From positions 10,575 through 74,574 of the forward strand of contig JAJPXZ010000103.1 in the NCBI GenBank assembly GCA_021205245.1: DNA of 64,000 nt, read 5' to 3'. Positions 9,219 through 19,040 of the stretch are shown here, in pieces. This DNA comes from Planctomycetaceae bacterium. GTDB taxonomy: Bacteria; Planctomycetota; SZUA-567. Below the pieces are notes generated by a model that saw only the letters and a program-made list of their open reading frames with translations, was not told the origin of the DNA and ran no database searches. The position numbers were made by a program, and so were the translations under genes. Position 1 is the stretch's first letter. Each line of letters opens with the position of its first letter.

Positions 9219-10232
9219 CTAAAAGGTGATGTCGTCCCGAATGCAGGCGCAGGTCCGGCCGGGTTCACGCTCCACCAGCGGCGGCACTGTCTTTGCGCAC
9301 TCTTCGATAGCGTGGGGACAACGGGTGCGGAAGACGCAGCCGCTCGGCAAGCTGATGGGGGAGGGGATGTCGCCCTTCAGGAGTATGCGCTTTGATTTGC
9401 CGCCCGGCTTCGGAATGGGCGACGCCGACAAGAGTGCCCGGCTGTAGGGATGGAGTGGGTTGTCGCACAGCGCTTCGGTGGGTCCGGCTTCCATGATGCG
9501 ACCCAGGTACATGACGACGAGTTCATCGCAAAGGAAGCGCATCACCGCCAGGTCGTGGGTGATAAAGAGCATGGTCAGGCCGAGGCGTCCCTGCAGTTCC
9601 AAGAGTAGGTTGAGCACTTGCGCCTGGACCGACACGTCGAGGGCCGATACCGGTTCGTCGGCGACGATGAATTCCGGCTCGGCCGCGAGGGCGCGGGCTA
9701 TGCCGATACGCTGGCGTTGGCCGCCGGAAAACTCGTGCGGATAACGGCGCAGTTGGCCCGAATTGAGGCCGACCATTTCCATCCGTTCCACCACCCGGTC
9801 GCGGCGCGCCGAAGCCGAGGTCATACCGTTGGCAAGAAGCGCCTCGCCGATGATGGACTCCACCCGCAAGCGCGGGTTCAGACTGGAAAACGGATCCTGA
9901 AAAATCATCTGCACCCGGCTGCGATAGGCTTTCATGGCTGAGCCTTGCATCGCCTGGATATCCTCGCCCTTGTAAAGGATATCACCCCCGGTGGGCTCGA
10001 GCAGCTTCACGAGCATCCGCCCGACCGTGGTTTTGCCCGAGCCGGATTCGCCGACGAGGCCGACGATATGGCGGGGCATGACATCGAGGGAAACATCCTG
10101 CACCGCCTTGACGACGCGTTTTTCGCTCGACCAGGAGGAGCCGACGGGAAAATGCTTCTGCAGATTGCGAATCTCCACCAGCGGCTTGACGCCGGAGACG
10201 GGAGTGGGTTGTTCAGTGGCGGCAGACACCAT
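9219..10232 (-). CDS. Peptide/opine-type ABC transporter ATP-binding protein (DppF/OppF-like)
   Basis: Walker [10 protein letters not shown], signature [15 protein letters not shown], Walker [13 protein letters not shown], and a C-terminal oligopeptide-transporter extension with Cys residues. ATG 10232 is preceded by GGAAGGAGG; the ORF-track start at 10250 is rejected. Confidence 0.9.
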   Translation of the reverse strand: MVSAATEQPTPVSGVKPLVEIRNLQKHFPVGSSWSSEKRVVKAVQDVSLDVMPRHIVGLVGESGSGKTTVGRMLVKLLEPTGGDILYKGEDIQAMQGSAMKAYRSRVQMIFQDPFSSLNPRLRVESIIGEALLANGMTSASARRDRVVERMEMVGLNSGQLRRYPHEFSGGQRQRIGIARALAAEPEFIVADEPVSALDVSVQAQVLNLLLELQGRLGLTMLFITHDLAVMRFLCDELVVMYLGRIMEAGPTEALCDNPLHPYSRALLSASPIPKPGGKSKRILLKGDIPSPISLPSGCVFRTRCPHAIEECAKTVPPLVEREPGRTCACIRDDITF

Positions 10233-10234
10233 GA

Positions 10235-11245
10235 TTATACCTCCTTCCAATACAGGCAGCGGCTCACGTGCGCTTCACCCGTTTCCACCAAATCCGGTTC
10301 GCGGACATTGCAGTCCGGGCGCGCCATGGGACAACGGGTGGCAAAGACGCAGCCCCGAGGGAGGAATGATGCGTTTGGCATTGAACCCGGGATGGAGAAA
10401 AGGCGGCGGTCGGTGCGGTCGTTCCCGAATACCACGCCGCTGCCGGGAATGCACGCCATCAGGCCCTTGGTGTAGGGATGGCGCGGCTTCTCGAAGATGG
10501 AGGCAACCGTTCCCATCTCCACGATGCGGCCCGCATACATCACCGCCACGCGGTCGGCCATTTCCGCCACCACGCCGAGGTTGTGGGTGATGAACATAAT
10601 GCTCATGCCGATTTCACGTTGCAGGTTTCGCATGAGGTCGAGGATTTGCGCCTGAATCGTGACGTCGAGGGCGGTTGTCGGCTCGTCGGCGATGACCAAT
10701 GACGGCCGGCACGACAGAGCCATGGCGATCATTACCCGCTGGCGCATACCGCCGGACATTTGGTGCGGGTAGTCGCGCAGGCGCTCGCGGGGCGCGGGGA
10801 TGTCGACGAGGCGGAGCATCTTTTCCGCTTCGTCCAAGGCTTCATGATGGCTGCAGCCACGGTGGAGTTGCACCGCTTCGGCGATCTGTTCGCCGACCCG
10901 GAACAGCGGGTTCAGGGACGTCATCGGCTCCTGGAAAATCATGGCGATTTCGCCGCCACGGATGCGGCGCATCTTCATGAGCGGGGTCTGGACGAGATCC
11001 TCTTCGTTGCCGTCGCGGGTGCGGAAAAGGATTTTGCCGCCGGTGATGCGCCCGGGCGGGTCGGGGATAAGCCGCATCACCGACAAACTGGTGACGGATT
11101 TGCCCGAGCCGGACTCGCCGACGATGGCCAGGGTCTCGCCCTGTTTGACCGAGAAAGACACGCCGTCCACCGCCTTGAAGTCGCGCTTCCCCGAGGTAAA
11201 GGTGGTATAGAGGTTGTGCACCTCGAGTATGTTGGTAGCGTCCAT
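10235..11245 (-). CDS. Peptide/opine-type ABC transporter ATP-binding protein (DppD/OppD-like)
   Basis: Walker A GESGSGKS, signature [15 protein letters not shown], Walker [13 protein letters not shown]. The internal ATG 11245 ([12 protein letters not shown]) shares one base with the upstream TGA. The 106-aa R/P/G-rich extension in the ORF track is a shadow. Confidence 0.9.
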   Translation of the reverse strand: MDATNILEVHNLYTTFTSGKRDFKAVDGVSFSVKQGETLAIVGESGSGKSVTSLSVMRLIPDPPGRITGGKILFRTRDGNEEDLVQTPLMKMRRIRGGEIAMIFQEPMTSLNPLFRVGEQIAEAVQLHRGCSHHEALDEAEKMLRLVDIPAPRERLRDYPHQMSGGMRQRVMIAMALSCRPSLVIADEPTTALDVTIQAQILDLMRNLQREIGMSIMFITHNLGVVAEMADRVAVMYAGRIVEMGTVASIFEKPRHPYTKGLMACIPGSGVVFGNDRTDRRLFSIPGSMPNASFLPRGCVFATRCPMARPDCNVREPDLVETGEAHVSRCLYWKEV

Positions 11246-12420
11246 CAGGTTGTTCCTCCTGCGTGGTGTCCGGCCTGCGCGTCGACAGGCAGGCGGCTGG
11301 CCGCCGGGGTCAATTCGCCCCGCCACAGCACCGCCTTGGGCAAGATGCGTGTGGTCAGGGTCAGGGTGTCGCCGAGAGAGTCGGGAAGGGTGAGGTCGCA
11401 GTCTTCGGTCTCGAACAGGGTAAAGTCGGCCGGGGCTCCCGGCTCCAGCATGGCTGGTTCCATCCGGAGCGCTGTTCTGGCCGAGGACGTCGCGCCGGCG
11501 ATGGTGTCTTCGAGGCTCATGCCGAGGCACAGCAGCTTCGACAACACCACCGACAAATCCCACACCGGGCCGTCAATGTTGCCGGTGTGCAGATCGCTCC
11601 CGATGACGGTGGGGAAAATCCCCTTGTCCATGCACTCCCGTGCGACCCGGTACGAAAACGACGCCGATCCGTGGCCGATGTCCAGCACCACGCCCCGGTC
11701 GCGGGCCGAGAAGAGGGCGGCGAAGGCGCGGTCGTCGTCGACGACCGAACTGGCCGGTTTCCCTTGGAAGCAATGGGTGCATATGTCGCCCGGATCGAGC
11801 CGGTCGAGGACTTCCTCAACCAGAGGGAGCGGCCTGCCGATATGGGTCATGAGCGGCAGCTTGGCGTAGCGGGACAGCTTCTTCGCCAGCTTCAGCGGCA
11901 AGAGATCCGATTCGGCCTGGATGATGCTGCACAGCCGCACCTTCAGCCCGGCGATGAGCGGCTTGTATTTTTCAATCGTCGCCAGGGTGCGTTCGATATC
12001 GATATCCTGCAAGAGCCGCACCTCGGGGACGCGGTTGGTGGCGACAAGGCCGATGGAGCCGACGTTCAGGAACGGGACGATCTGCTCGCGGGCGCGGTCG
12101 ATAACATACTCGACCAGGCCGTTGAAATGGCCTTCGCCGGCGGAACCGGCGTCGACGAGGATGGGCGCGCCGGTCGCCACGCCAATCGTCTCCGGCCGCA
12201 GTGCGATGTCGGACCCGCCGTAATAGACGTGGGTGTGGATGTCAATCCACGCGGGCGACAAGTAGGCGTTCGCCATTTCCCTGATTTCGGCGTCGTCGGT
12301 CTCGAGGTCGAAGCCGACCTGTTCGATGCGGCCGTCGTTTACCAGGACGTCAACCCGGGCGGAACCGTCATAGCCGGGAAAGCCAATGGGCTTGACGCTG
12401 CCGAGAAGAATGCGGGCCAT
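11245..12420 (-). CDS. Amidohydrolase-superfamily metallohydrolase (dihydroorotase/deacetylase-like)
   Basis: 391-aa ORF. It has the HxH metal motif in AWIDIHTHVYYGG, and later conserved His/Asp positions (MTHIG, ICTHCF, LDIGHG, GSDLH). Confidence 0.75.
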   Translation of the reverse strand: MARILLGSVKPIGFPGYDGSARVDVLVNDGRIEQVGFDLETDDAEIREMANAYLSPAWIDIHTHVYYGGSDIALRPETIGVATGAPILVDAGSAGEGHFNGLVEYVIDRAREQIVPFLNVGSIGLVATNRVPEVRLLQDIDIERTLATIEKYKPLIAGLKVRLCSIIQAESDLLPLKLAKKLSRYAKLPLMTHIGRPLPLVEEVLDRLDPGDICTHCFQGKPASSVVDDDRAFAALFSARDRGVVLDIGHGSASFSYRVARECMDKGIFPTVIGSDLHTGNIDGPVWDLSVVLSKLLCLGMSLEDTIAGATSSARTALRMEPAMLEPGAPADFTLFETEDCDLTLPDSLGDTLTLTTRILPKAVLWRGELTPAASRLPVDAQAGHHAGGTT

Positions 12421-12421
12421 A

Positions 12422-13288
12422 TCAGCACTCCTTCCGCAACCGCGGGTCGAGGAGATCGCGGAGAGCGTCGCCGGAGAGTTGCAGCGAGAACACGGTCAAC
12501 ACGATGAACAGCCCGGGGAACCACATCATCCACGGCGCGCGGCCGATGTAGGTCTGACCGGCGTTGATGATGCCGCCCCAGGTGGGGATTTCCGGATTCA
12601 CGCCCGCACCGAGGTACGACAGCCCCGCTTCGGCCAGGATGGCATAGGCGAAGATGAAGGTTCCCTGGACGATAAGGGGACTGGTGATATTGCGGAGGAT
12701 GTGCTGGGTGAGGATACGGAAAGTCGAGACACCGAGCACGCGGGCGGCGTCGACATACGCGAGTTCACGTACCACCAGGGTCGAGGCGCGGGCGACTCGG
12801 GCGACGCGGGGCGTGTAGACAATGCCAAGCGCAATCACCACGCTGGAGAGGGACGGGCTCAGGACCGACATCAGGGTGATGGCCAGGAGGATATCGGGGA
12901 AGGCCATCATGGCATCGATGATGCGGTTGACGATCATGTCGACCTTGCGGAAATAGCCGCCGACAATCCCGAGGATGGTCCCGAAGAAACATGAGAACAC
13001 CACGGTCAGGAAACCGATGAGCAAGCTGGTGCGGCCGCCCACAATGACGCGGGTGAACAGGTCGCGGCCGTATTCGTCGGTGCCGAACCAATTGACCGAC
13101 GACGGGGGGCGCAAACGCCGCGAGGCGCGGATGGCGGTGGCGCTATGGGGTGAAATCACGTCGGCGAAAATGGCCAGGAACGCGATAATGACGATGATCA
13201 GGAGACATACCGCAACCGTCTTCCGTTGCCAAATAATGGAAAACGCCTTCTTGAGGATGCCGCCGTCGTCGGAGAGGCGATCAGACAT
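12422..13288 (-). CDS. ABC transporter permease (DppC/OppC-like)
   Basis: 288-aa polytopic ORF with an N-terminal OppC-type segment and the EAA-like loop (YVDAARVLGVSTFRILTQHILRN). Confidence 0.9.
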   Translation of the reverse strand: MSDRLSDDGGILKKAFSIIWQRKTVAVCLLIIVIIAFLAIFADVISPHSATAIRASRRLRPPSSVNWFGTDEYGRDLFTRVIVGGRTSLLIGFLTVVFSCFFGTILGIVGGYFRKVDMIVNRIIDAMMAFPDILLAITLMSVLSPSLSSVVIALGIVYTPRVARVARASTLVVRELAYVDAARVLGVSTFRILTQHILRNITSPLIVQGTFIFAYAILAEAGLSYLGAGVNPEIPTWGGIINAGQTYIGRAPWMMWFPGLFIVLTVFSLQLSGDALRDLLDPRLRKEC

Positions 13289-13298
13289 GGTTGGCCTC

Positions 13299-14243
13299 CT
13301 AATATTTCACGCGCGGGTCGACGAGGAGATACAGGATATCGACCGCGAGGTTGACGAGGACGTACGCGCCGGCGATGACCAACAGCGATCCGCCGATGAC
13401 TGGATAATCGCGCCGCAAGACCGACGACACCACCAAATTGCCGATGCCGGGGATGTTGAACACGGTCTCGGTCACCACCGCGCCGCCAAGCAGCAGGGCG
13501 AGGGTAAGGCCGACGACGGTGAGGATGGGAATCAGCGCGTTCTTAAAAGCGTGGCGCATTATGACCGGCCATTCGCCCAGGCCCTTGGCGCGGGCGGTGC
13601 GGATATAGTCGTCCTCGAGAATATCCAGCATGGTGGTCCGGGTGAAGCGGGTGATAAGGGCGGAGTTGACCAGCCCCAGGACAATGCCTGGCAGGATCAG
13701 GTGGTACATGCGGTTGAAGAAGCCCGCGCCCGGGTCGCCGTAACCTGACGCCGGGAACCAGCCTAACCGCACCGCGAAGAATTGGATAAAGACGAGGCCC
13801 ATTCAGACGCTGGGCGCGGACGCCACCAACATGGCGACGCCGATGGTCGCCTGGTCGGTCACCTTGCCCCGCTTGTAAGCGGAGAGGATGCCTGACGGGA
13901 TGCCGACCAGGCAGGCGATGACGATGGAGATTATCGTCAAGGCGATGGTCGGTTCGGCCCGGTCGGCCAGGATGCGCAGGACCGGCAGTCCGCCGAGGAA
14001 AATCGAGTTGCCGAGGTCGCCCCGGAGGATGTCGGCGAGAAAGCCCACATACTGCGACCAGATCGATTCGTCCAGCCCCATCTTCGCCCTGAGGGCGGCC
14101 ACGTCGGCGGCGGTGGCATCGGGGCCGAGCATGAGGCCGGCGGGATCGCCCGGAATCATGCGGATGATGACGAAGGTAATGGTCGCCACCATGAACATGA
14201 CGGCAATCATACCGAGCAGTCGTTTCAGGAGGTAAATCTTCAT
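13299..14243 (-). pseudogene. DppB/OppB-like ABC permease interrupted by a single in-frame TGA
   Basis: Two abutting same-frame ORFs together make one full-length permease: 13803..14243 (146 aa, N-terminal half) and 13299..13802 (167 aa, C-terminal half with YIRTARAKGL). They are separated only by TGA at 13803-13805. That TGA aligns with the conserved Trp of the ...P.FW.G... segment (here APSV*MGLVF). Confidence 0.75.
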
Positions 14244-14294
14244 GGCTTCATCCTGAGGCTATAGCGTTGTAATGCGCTATAGCTTTTTAAATAG

Positions 14295-14380
14295 AATGTG
14301 AACCTTCCCCTGCGCTTTTCGGTTTATTCCAGTAACAACTGTAAAACGCAGGAAGGAATCAATCCCTTTTTAAAAAGCGT
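14295..14380 (+). repeat. Family-2 conserved intergenic element, copy A (candidate small structured RNA)
   Basis: AATGTGAACCTTCCCCTGCGCTTTTCGG...GTAAAACGCAGGAAGG...TTTTTAAAAAGCG. It shares long exact blocks (GCGCTTTTCGG, TATTC, GTAAAACGCA, AAAAGCG) with copies at 43561-43646 (+) and 38793-38880 (-). Boundaries are approximate. Confidence 0.7.
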
Positions 14381-15426
14381 TAGGAGACGAACTGCGCCTT
14401 GACGCAGCGGGAGCGGTCGCCAGCAAAGGCGAACGCCTCGGCCGCTTCCTCGAAGGGGAATTGGCCGGACAGCATCGGGAGCGGATCGATGCGCTTGTCC
14501 AAAAGCAACTGGACGGCGGTCTCGAACTCGGTGTTGAACTGGCTTGAGCCGCGCACCTGCAGCTCCTTGGAGGTAAAAAAGACCCAGGGAACAGTCGCGC
14601 CGGCGACCGGGGCAGTGCCCAGCTGCACCAGCGTGCCGCCTTTTCTGAGGGCGTGCATGGAGCCGACTATGGCGGAGGCCGCGCCCGAGGCTTCAATGGC
14701 GGCGTCGACTGTGCCGACAGCCTTGGCCATCGCTTCGGGGTCCATCCCGGCGGTGTTGACGCCCCGGTCAGCGCCCATCCGCAAAGCTACCTCAAGCGGC
14801 TGGTCGGCGATGTCCGTGATGGTGATGCGTCCCGCGCCCGCAGCCTTGGCCGCGGCGGCGGCGAGGATGCCGATTGGCCCGGAGCCGGTGACGAGGACGC
14901 GCTTCCCGACCAGATCGCCAGCCCGAAGCACCGCGTGCAGGGAGCAGGATAACGGCTCCGCGAAGGCGAGGGCGTTCATGTCGGTGTCGGCCGGTACCTT
15001 GACGCAGCAACGCGCCTCGGTTTCGAAAGACTCGCGGAAAAAGCCCTCCACATGGGGAATAATCATGGCAGAACAGGGGAAGCGTTTATTTTCGCACAGG
15101 TTGGCCTCGCCCCGGCGGCAGGGCATGCAGGTGCCGCAGTGCATGACCGGGTTGACCGCGACCTTGTCGCCTGGGGTGAGGCCGGTGACGCCAGGACCGA
15201 TTTCTTCGATGCTGCCACAGGCTTCGTGGCCCATGCACAGCGGGTGTTGGAGTGGGTACCCGACGTTGCCGAAATCGTGGTAGTAATGCAGGTCGCTGCC
15301 GCAGATGCCGCCAGCGGCAAACTTCACCCGCACCTGGCCGGGCTGGAGCGGACCGCGTGTGCGCTGTTCCACCACTGCGTTTTGTTTGCCCTGGAGAACG
15401 AGGGCGCGGTACGGAGTTGTTATCAT
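14380..15426 (-). CDS. Zinc-dependent alcohol/polyol dehydrogenase (L-idonate 5-dehydrogenase/sorbitol dehydrogenase-like)
   Basis: 348 aa from the internal ATG 15426 (SD GGTGAG). Motifs: GICGSDLHYYH, GHEACG, a structural-zinc Cys cluster CGTCMPCRRG, and the NAD fold VLVTGSGPIG. Confidence 0.85.
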   Translation of the reverse strand: MITTPYRALVLQGKQNAVVEQRTRGPLQPGQVRVKFAAGGICGSDLHYYHDFGNVGYPLQHPLCMGHEACGSIEEIGPGVTGLTPGDKVAVNPVMHCGTCMPCRRGEANLCENKRFPCSAMIIPHVEGFFRESFETEARCCVKVPADTDMNALAFAEPLSCSLHAVLRAGDLVGKRVLVTGSGPIGILAAAAAKAAGAGRITITDIADQPLEVALRMGADRGVNTAGMDPEAMAKAVGTVDAAIEASGAASAIVGSMHALRKGGTLVQLGTAPVAGATVPWVFFTSKELQVRGSSQFNTEFETAVQLLLDKRIDPLPMLSGQFPFEEAAEAFAFAGDRSRCVKAQFVS

Positions 15427-15434
15427 AGTCTCAC

Positions 15435-16208
15435 CTACCATACCGTATAGCCGCCATCCATGACCAGGACAGCGCCGTTCATGTAATCGCTCGCGGCGGA
15501 GCAGAGGAACACCATCGCGCCGCCCAGTTCGTCCGGCGTCGGCATGCGGCCGACCGGGATGAGGTCGAGGGCGAACTTGGTCCATTCGGGGTTGGCCTCA
15601 AAGAAGCGGCTGTTCCTGTCGGTGGCGATGTAGCCGGGCGCCAACGCGTTGACAGTGATGTGGTGCTTGCACCATTCCGAGGCGAGGGAGCGGGTCAGCG
15701 CGACGACGCCCAGCTTGGAAACTTCGTACGGGCCGCAGTGGACGCCTTTATTCGCAATGATGCCGGACATCGACGCCAGGTTGACGATCTTGCCTTTTTG
15801 CCGCTTGATCATTTCGCGGCCGAAATACTTGCAGCAGATAAAGGTGCCGGTAATGTTATTGTCGACAGTGCGCCGCCATTCGGCTGTTTCGATGTCTTCG
15901 AAGGGCTTGTTGACGCGGCCGAGTCCGGCGTTATTGACCAGGACGTCGGGCGGGCCGAACCGTTCGAGGCAGAAGGACACGGCCGCCTGGACCGCTTCCT
16001 CGTCGACGATATCGGCGACGGCGAGGTCGAAATGACCGCCTGAAGCGGTGATTTCGTCGCGAAGGGATTCGAGTTCCTCGCGGTTCCTGGCCATGCCGAG
16101 GACGGATGCGCCGGATGCGGCAAGGGCTTTGGCGAAGGCGCGGCCCAGGCCTTTGGATGCGCCTGTGACAACCATGACCTTGCCGGTAAGATCAAAAACG
16201 GGGAGCAT
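15435..16208 (-). CDS. Short-chain dehydrogenase/reductase (gluconate 5-dehydrogenase-like)
   Basis: 257 aa from ATG 16208. Motifs: TGASKGLG, NNAG, catalytic YEVSK. Confidence 0.85.
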   Translation of the reverse strand: MLPVFDLTGKVMVVTGASKGLGRAFAKALAASGASVLGMARNREELESLRDEITASGGHFDLAVADIVDEEAVQAAVSFCLERFGPPDVLVNNAGLGRVNKPFEDIETAEWRRTVDNNITGTFICCKYFGREMIKRQKGKIVNLASMSGIIANKGVHCGPYEVSKLGVVALTRSLASEWCKHHITVNALAPGYIATDRNSRFFEANPEWTKFALDLIPVGRMPTPDELGGAMVFLCSAASDYMNGAVLVMDGGYTVW

Positions 16209-16279
16209 GCAAACCTTTCTCGGTGATGGAGTGAATGCGGCCGGCCTTCTCGAACCGGCCGGCCGCCGGTGTGGGATTC

Positions 16280-17806
16280 CTACTGGATAGACACATTCCA
16301 GAAGCTGGGCCATGACGAGGGCTGGTAGCCCTTTAGGTTCTTGTCCTTGGCGCCAAGGAGGTTGAAGTTGCCGATCTTGATACTGGATGCCGATTCATAC
16401 AGCAGTTCCTGGATGTCGCCGAAGATTTCGGCGCGCTTGGCGAGGTCCGGTTCGGCGTTGAACTTGTTGGCGAGCTCGGTCTTTTCCTCGCTGACCCACC
16501 ATCCGGGATACTCGTCGTTGAAGAAGTTGTTCAGGTACGGATCCGGCACGAAGGGGCTGTGGGTGAAGTAGAGATCCCACTTCGTCGGGTCGGTGCGCTG
16601 CTGGGTAAGGGTGGCCCAGTCGACAACGTCGATAGACACTTCCATCCCGGCTTCGCGCAGATTTTCCGCCAGCACCTGGGCCATCTTGAAGTGGAACTCG
16701 TACTGCATCGAGGTGAGGATGCGGACCGGCGAGCCGTCGTAATTCGCTTCTTTCAGGAGCGCCTTCGCCTTGTCGATATCGTACTGGTTGTAGAGGTCAA
16801 GGCCCTTTTCCGAATGGTAGAAATAGCCTTCGGGATAGAGCGACCCGTCGACGGAAAAGAATTCCTCTTCACCGAACGCGATCCACATCATGTCTTCCTG
16901 CGACATGGCCGACTGTACCGCCTGGCGCATGGCGAGATTCGTCATCTTGCCGTCGCGGCAGTTCAGAAACAGGATGGGCCAGCCATACGGGGCAGTCATA
17001 ACCGGCTCGACCTTGTCCTTGCCGACCAGGCGGTCGTAGTTTTCGATAGGCAATTGATCGGAGTACTGGTACTGGCCGGCCAGCGCGCCTTCGATACGGG
17101 TGTTGGCGCTGGGGACGGGGATAAAGCGCAGTTCGTCGACATAGGCGACGCGTTCGCCTGCGTAGAGATCGCCTGCTATGGGGCTGGGCTGATATTCGTC
17201 ATAGCGGACCAGGCGGACATAGCGATCCGGCGAGTGTTCGGCGAATTTGTACGGACCGGTGCCGATGTTTTCCTTGAGGTCGCCTTCGCACAGTTCCTCG
17301 GGGATAATTATCGCCATTGAAGTGGGGATGGCGAGGAGAGCGAGGAGCGGCGTGTGCGGCGCCGTCATTTCGATGCGGACGGTGTAGGTGTCCGGCGCGG
17401 AGACGTCCTTCACCATATCGGCAACCTGCTTGCCACGGACCGAATTCCTCAGCCAGCGCTTCACCGACGCGGCCGCGTCAGCCGAGGTTAGTTCCTTGCC
17501 GTTGTGGAACTTCACTCCCTGGCGGAGCGTGATGGTGTAGACCTTGCCGCCGTCGGTAACCTCGGGCATGGCTGCGGCAAGGAGCGGCTTGATGGCAAAG
17601 CCGTGGCCGAAAGCGTACAGCGTTTCATAGTAGTGCTGGGTAATCATGCCGACCACATCGGCGGTGGTGGAGGTTGGGTCGAGGGTCGGCGGCTCGCCGA
17701 TGGTGGCGATGTTCAGGACGCCGCCCCGGGTCAATTCTTCCGCGCGGGCGGTTGTTGTGAAGGCGACGAATGCCAGCAGGCAGACTGCCAAACAAAGCTT
17801 CTTCAT
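16280..17806 (-). CDS. ABC transporter substrate-binding protein, family 5 (DppA/OppA-like)
   Basis: 508 aa from ATG 17806 (SD GGAGAG). Signal peptide MKKLCLAVCLLAFVAFTTTARA, then a family-5 SBP layout. Confidence 0.85.
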   Translation of the reverse strand: MKKLCLAVCLLAFVAFTTTARAEELTRGGVLNIATIGEPPTLDPTSTTADVVGMITQHYYETLYAFGHGFAIKPLLAAAMPEVTDGGKVYTITLRQGVKFHNGKELTSADAAASVKRWLRNSVRGKQVADMVKDVSAPDTYTVRIEMTAPHTPLLALLAIPTSMAIIIPEELCEGDLKENIGTGPYKFAEHSPDRYVRLVRYDEYQPSPIAGDLYAGERVAYVDELRFIPVPSANTRIEGALAGQYQYSDQLPIENYDRLVGKDKVEPVMTAPYGWPILFLNCRDGKMTNLAMRQAVQSAMSQEDMMWIAFGEEEFFSVDGSLYPEGYFYHSEKGLDLYNQYDIDKAKALLKEANYDGSPVRILTSMQYEFHFKMAQVLAENLREAGMEVSIDVVDWATLTQQRTDPTKWDLYFTHSPFVPDPYLNNFFNDEYPGWWVSEEKTELANKFNAEPDLAKRAEIFGDIQELLYESASSIKIGNFNLLGAKDKNLKGYQPSSWPSFWNVSIQ

Positions 17807-18010
17807 GCTCTCTCCTTTTTCATAAAAATCCGAAGTTCCCCAGTATGCGGGGCGATACGCCCACGCCCGGAACGTCTTGCGTTCCGGCTGCCGGGCACGG
17901 CGGCTCATGGATGGTGTCGGAGGAGGAAACGCTGACGGCGCTTCGGCAACGGTTGTGTGACAGGGTGGCTCCCGCCCTGTGCGGGAACGGTTCACGCGAT
18001 TACAAAAACG

Positions 18011-18811
18011 CTACGACGCGTTGGGACGCCTGGCCCAGGTCGTGGGCTGCCATCCCAACTGCTTTTCAATATTGCGGGCCGAGGCCATGACCAGCCGGGA
18101 GAGGCGCTCGCCTTTTTCGGCGGCTGTGGTCTCAGGCACTACCAGGCTGATGGTGGCGCGGCACTTGCCGTCCGCATCCTTCACCGGCGCGGCAATGCAG
18201 GCGACGGCGAAATCGGACTCGGCGATCTGGACGCAGTAGCCCTGCTCCCACGCGTCGGCGCAAGCTTTCTCGAGTTCGTCCGGATCGACCAGGGCGCGGC
18301 CGGTGGCGCTCGGTTTGGCGCGGGCAAAGATCTCCGACCGTTCCTCCGGAGTGAGGTGGCCGATGAGGAGGCGCCCGCTGGCACTCCAGTTCAACGGCGT
18401 CCGCGATCCGGGCCGGGAGGAGATATGGAAATTATCCGCCGCTTCGACCATGGCGGAGACGACCATATGATCGCCGTCACGGATACAGATTTGCACATTC
18501 TCGCCGCTGGCCCGGCCCAGGGCTTCGGCCTCGTGGCGGTAGACGTCCTCCTCTTCGAGCTGGCTTCCATACGCCAGACCGTAGAAAAGAAGCCGTGGGC
18601 CGAGGAAATATTTCCCCTCGCCGCCACAACGGCGCAGGACCTCCATGCGTTCGAGGAGGGCGATAGTCTCATATATGGTCGACAACGGCGCGCCGATTCG
18701 CTTGGCGATCTGATAAGCTGTGGCGCAATCGCCCAGTTCGACAAGACACTCAAGTATCTGGAAGGCGCGTTCGATGCCGTTTGTTCGTGGTTTGCGGGGC
18801 GGCATGGGCAT
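18011..18811 (-). CDS. IclR-family transcriptional regulator
   Basis: 266-aa ORF with SD AAGGAA. N-terminal wHTH (IERAFQILECLVELGDCATAYQIAKRIGAPLSTIYETIALL) and a C-terminal IclR effector domain. Confidence 0.85.
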   Translation of the reverse strand: MPMPPRKPRTNGIERAFQILECLVELGDCATAYQIAKRIGAPLSTIYETIALLERMEVLRRCGGEGKYFLGPRLLFYGLAYGSQLEEEDVYRHEAEALGRASGENVQICIRDGDHMVVSAMVEAADNFHISSRPGSRTPLNWSASGRLLIGHLTPEERSEIFARAKPSATGRALVDPDELEKACADAWEQGYCVQIAESDFAVACIAAPVKDADGKCRATISLVVPETTAAEKGERLSRLVMASARNIEKQLGWQPTTWARRPNAS

Positions 18812-19040
18812 TATTCCTTAACTGCGGAATATATTTCGAAGTTATATAGTTACCATACCCGCTCTTTCGCCGTAGTCAAGCGAGGCGACGGAAAAAAGGC
18901 TATTTTCCAAGGAAAACGGGTAGATTTTTTATAGATGGGAATGGTAATACCGGAATAACGGTGTGCGCTACCATGGTAGCTGTCGGAAAGGCCACGTTGC
19001 ATACGGTCTTTACTATTTGTCCATTTCTCCTCATCAACTC

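Noticed and set aside
10235-11563. Long N-terminal extensions in ORF-track entries: 10235..11563, 14380..15585, 15435..16313, 16280..17995, 33660..35066, 42026..43630, 43721..44887 and 49559..52153.
   Set aside because: The extensions are R/P/G-rich and overlap the upstream gene or spacer. Each contains an internal ATG preceded by an SD-like sequence that begins exactly at the conserved N-terminus or signal peptide, so the internal starts were used.
13803-13805. The idea that TGA is recoded (Trp or Sec) in this organism, which would make the permease intact.
   Set aside because: TGA terminates several well-defined genes at the expected C-termini in the same window (for example at 2955-2957 and 11245-11247). 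No SECIS-like context was evident.
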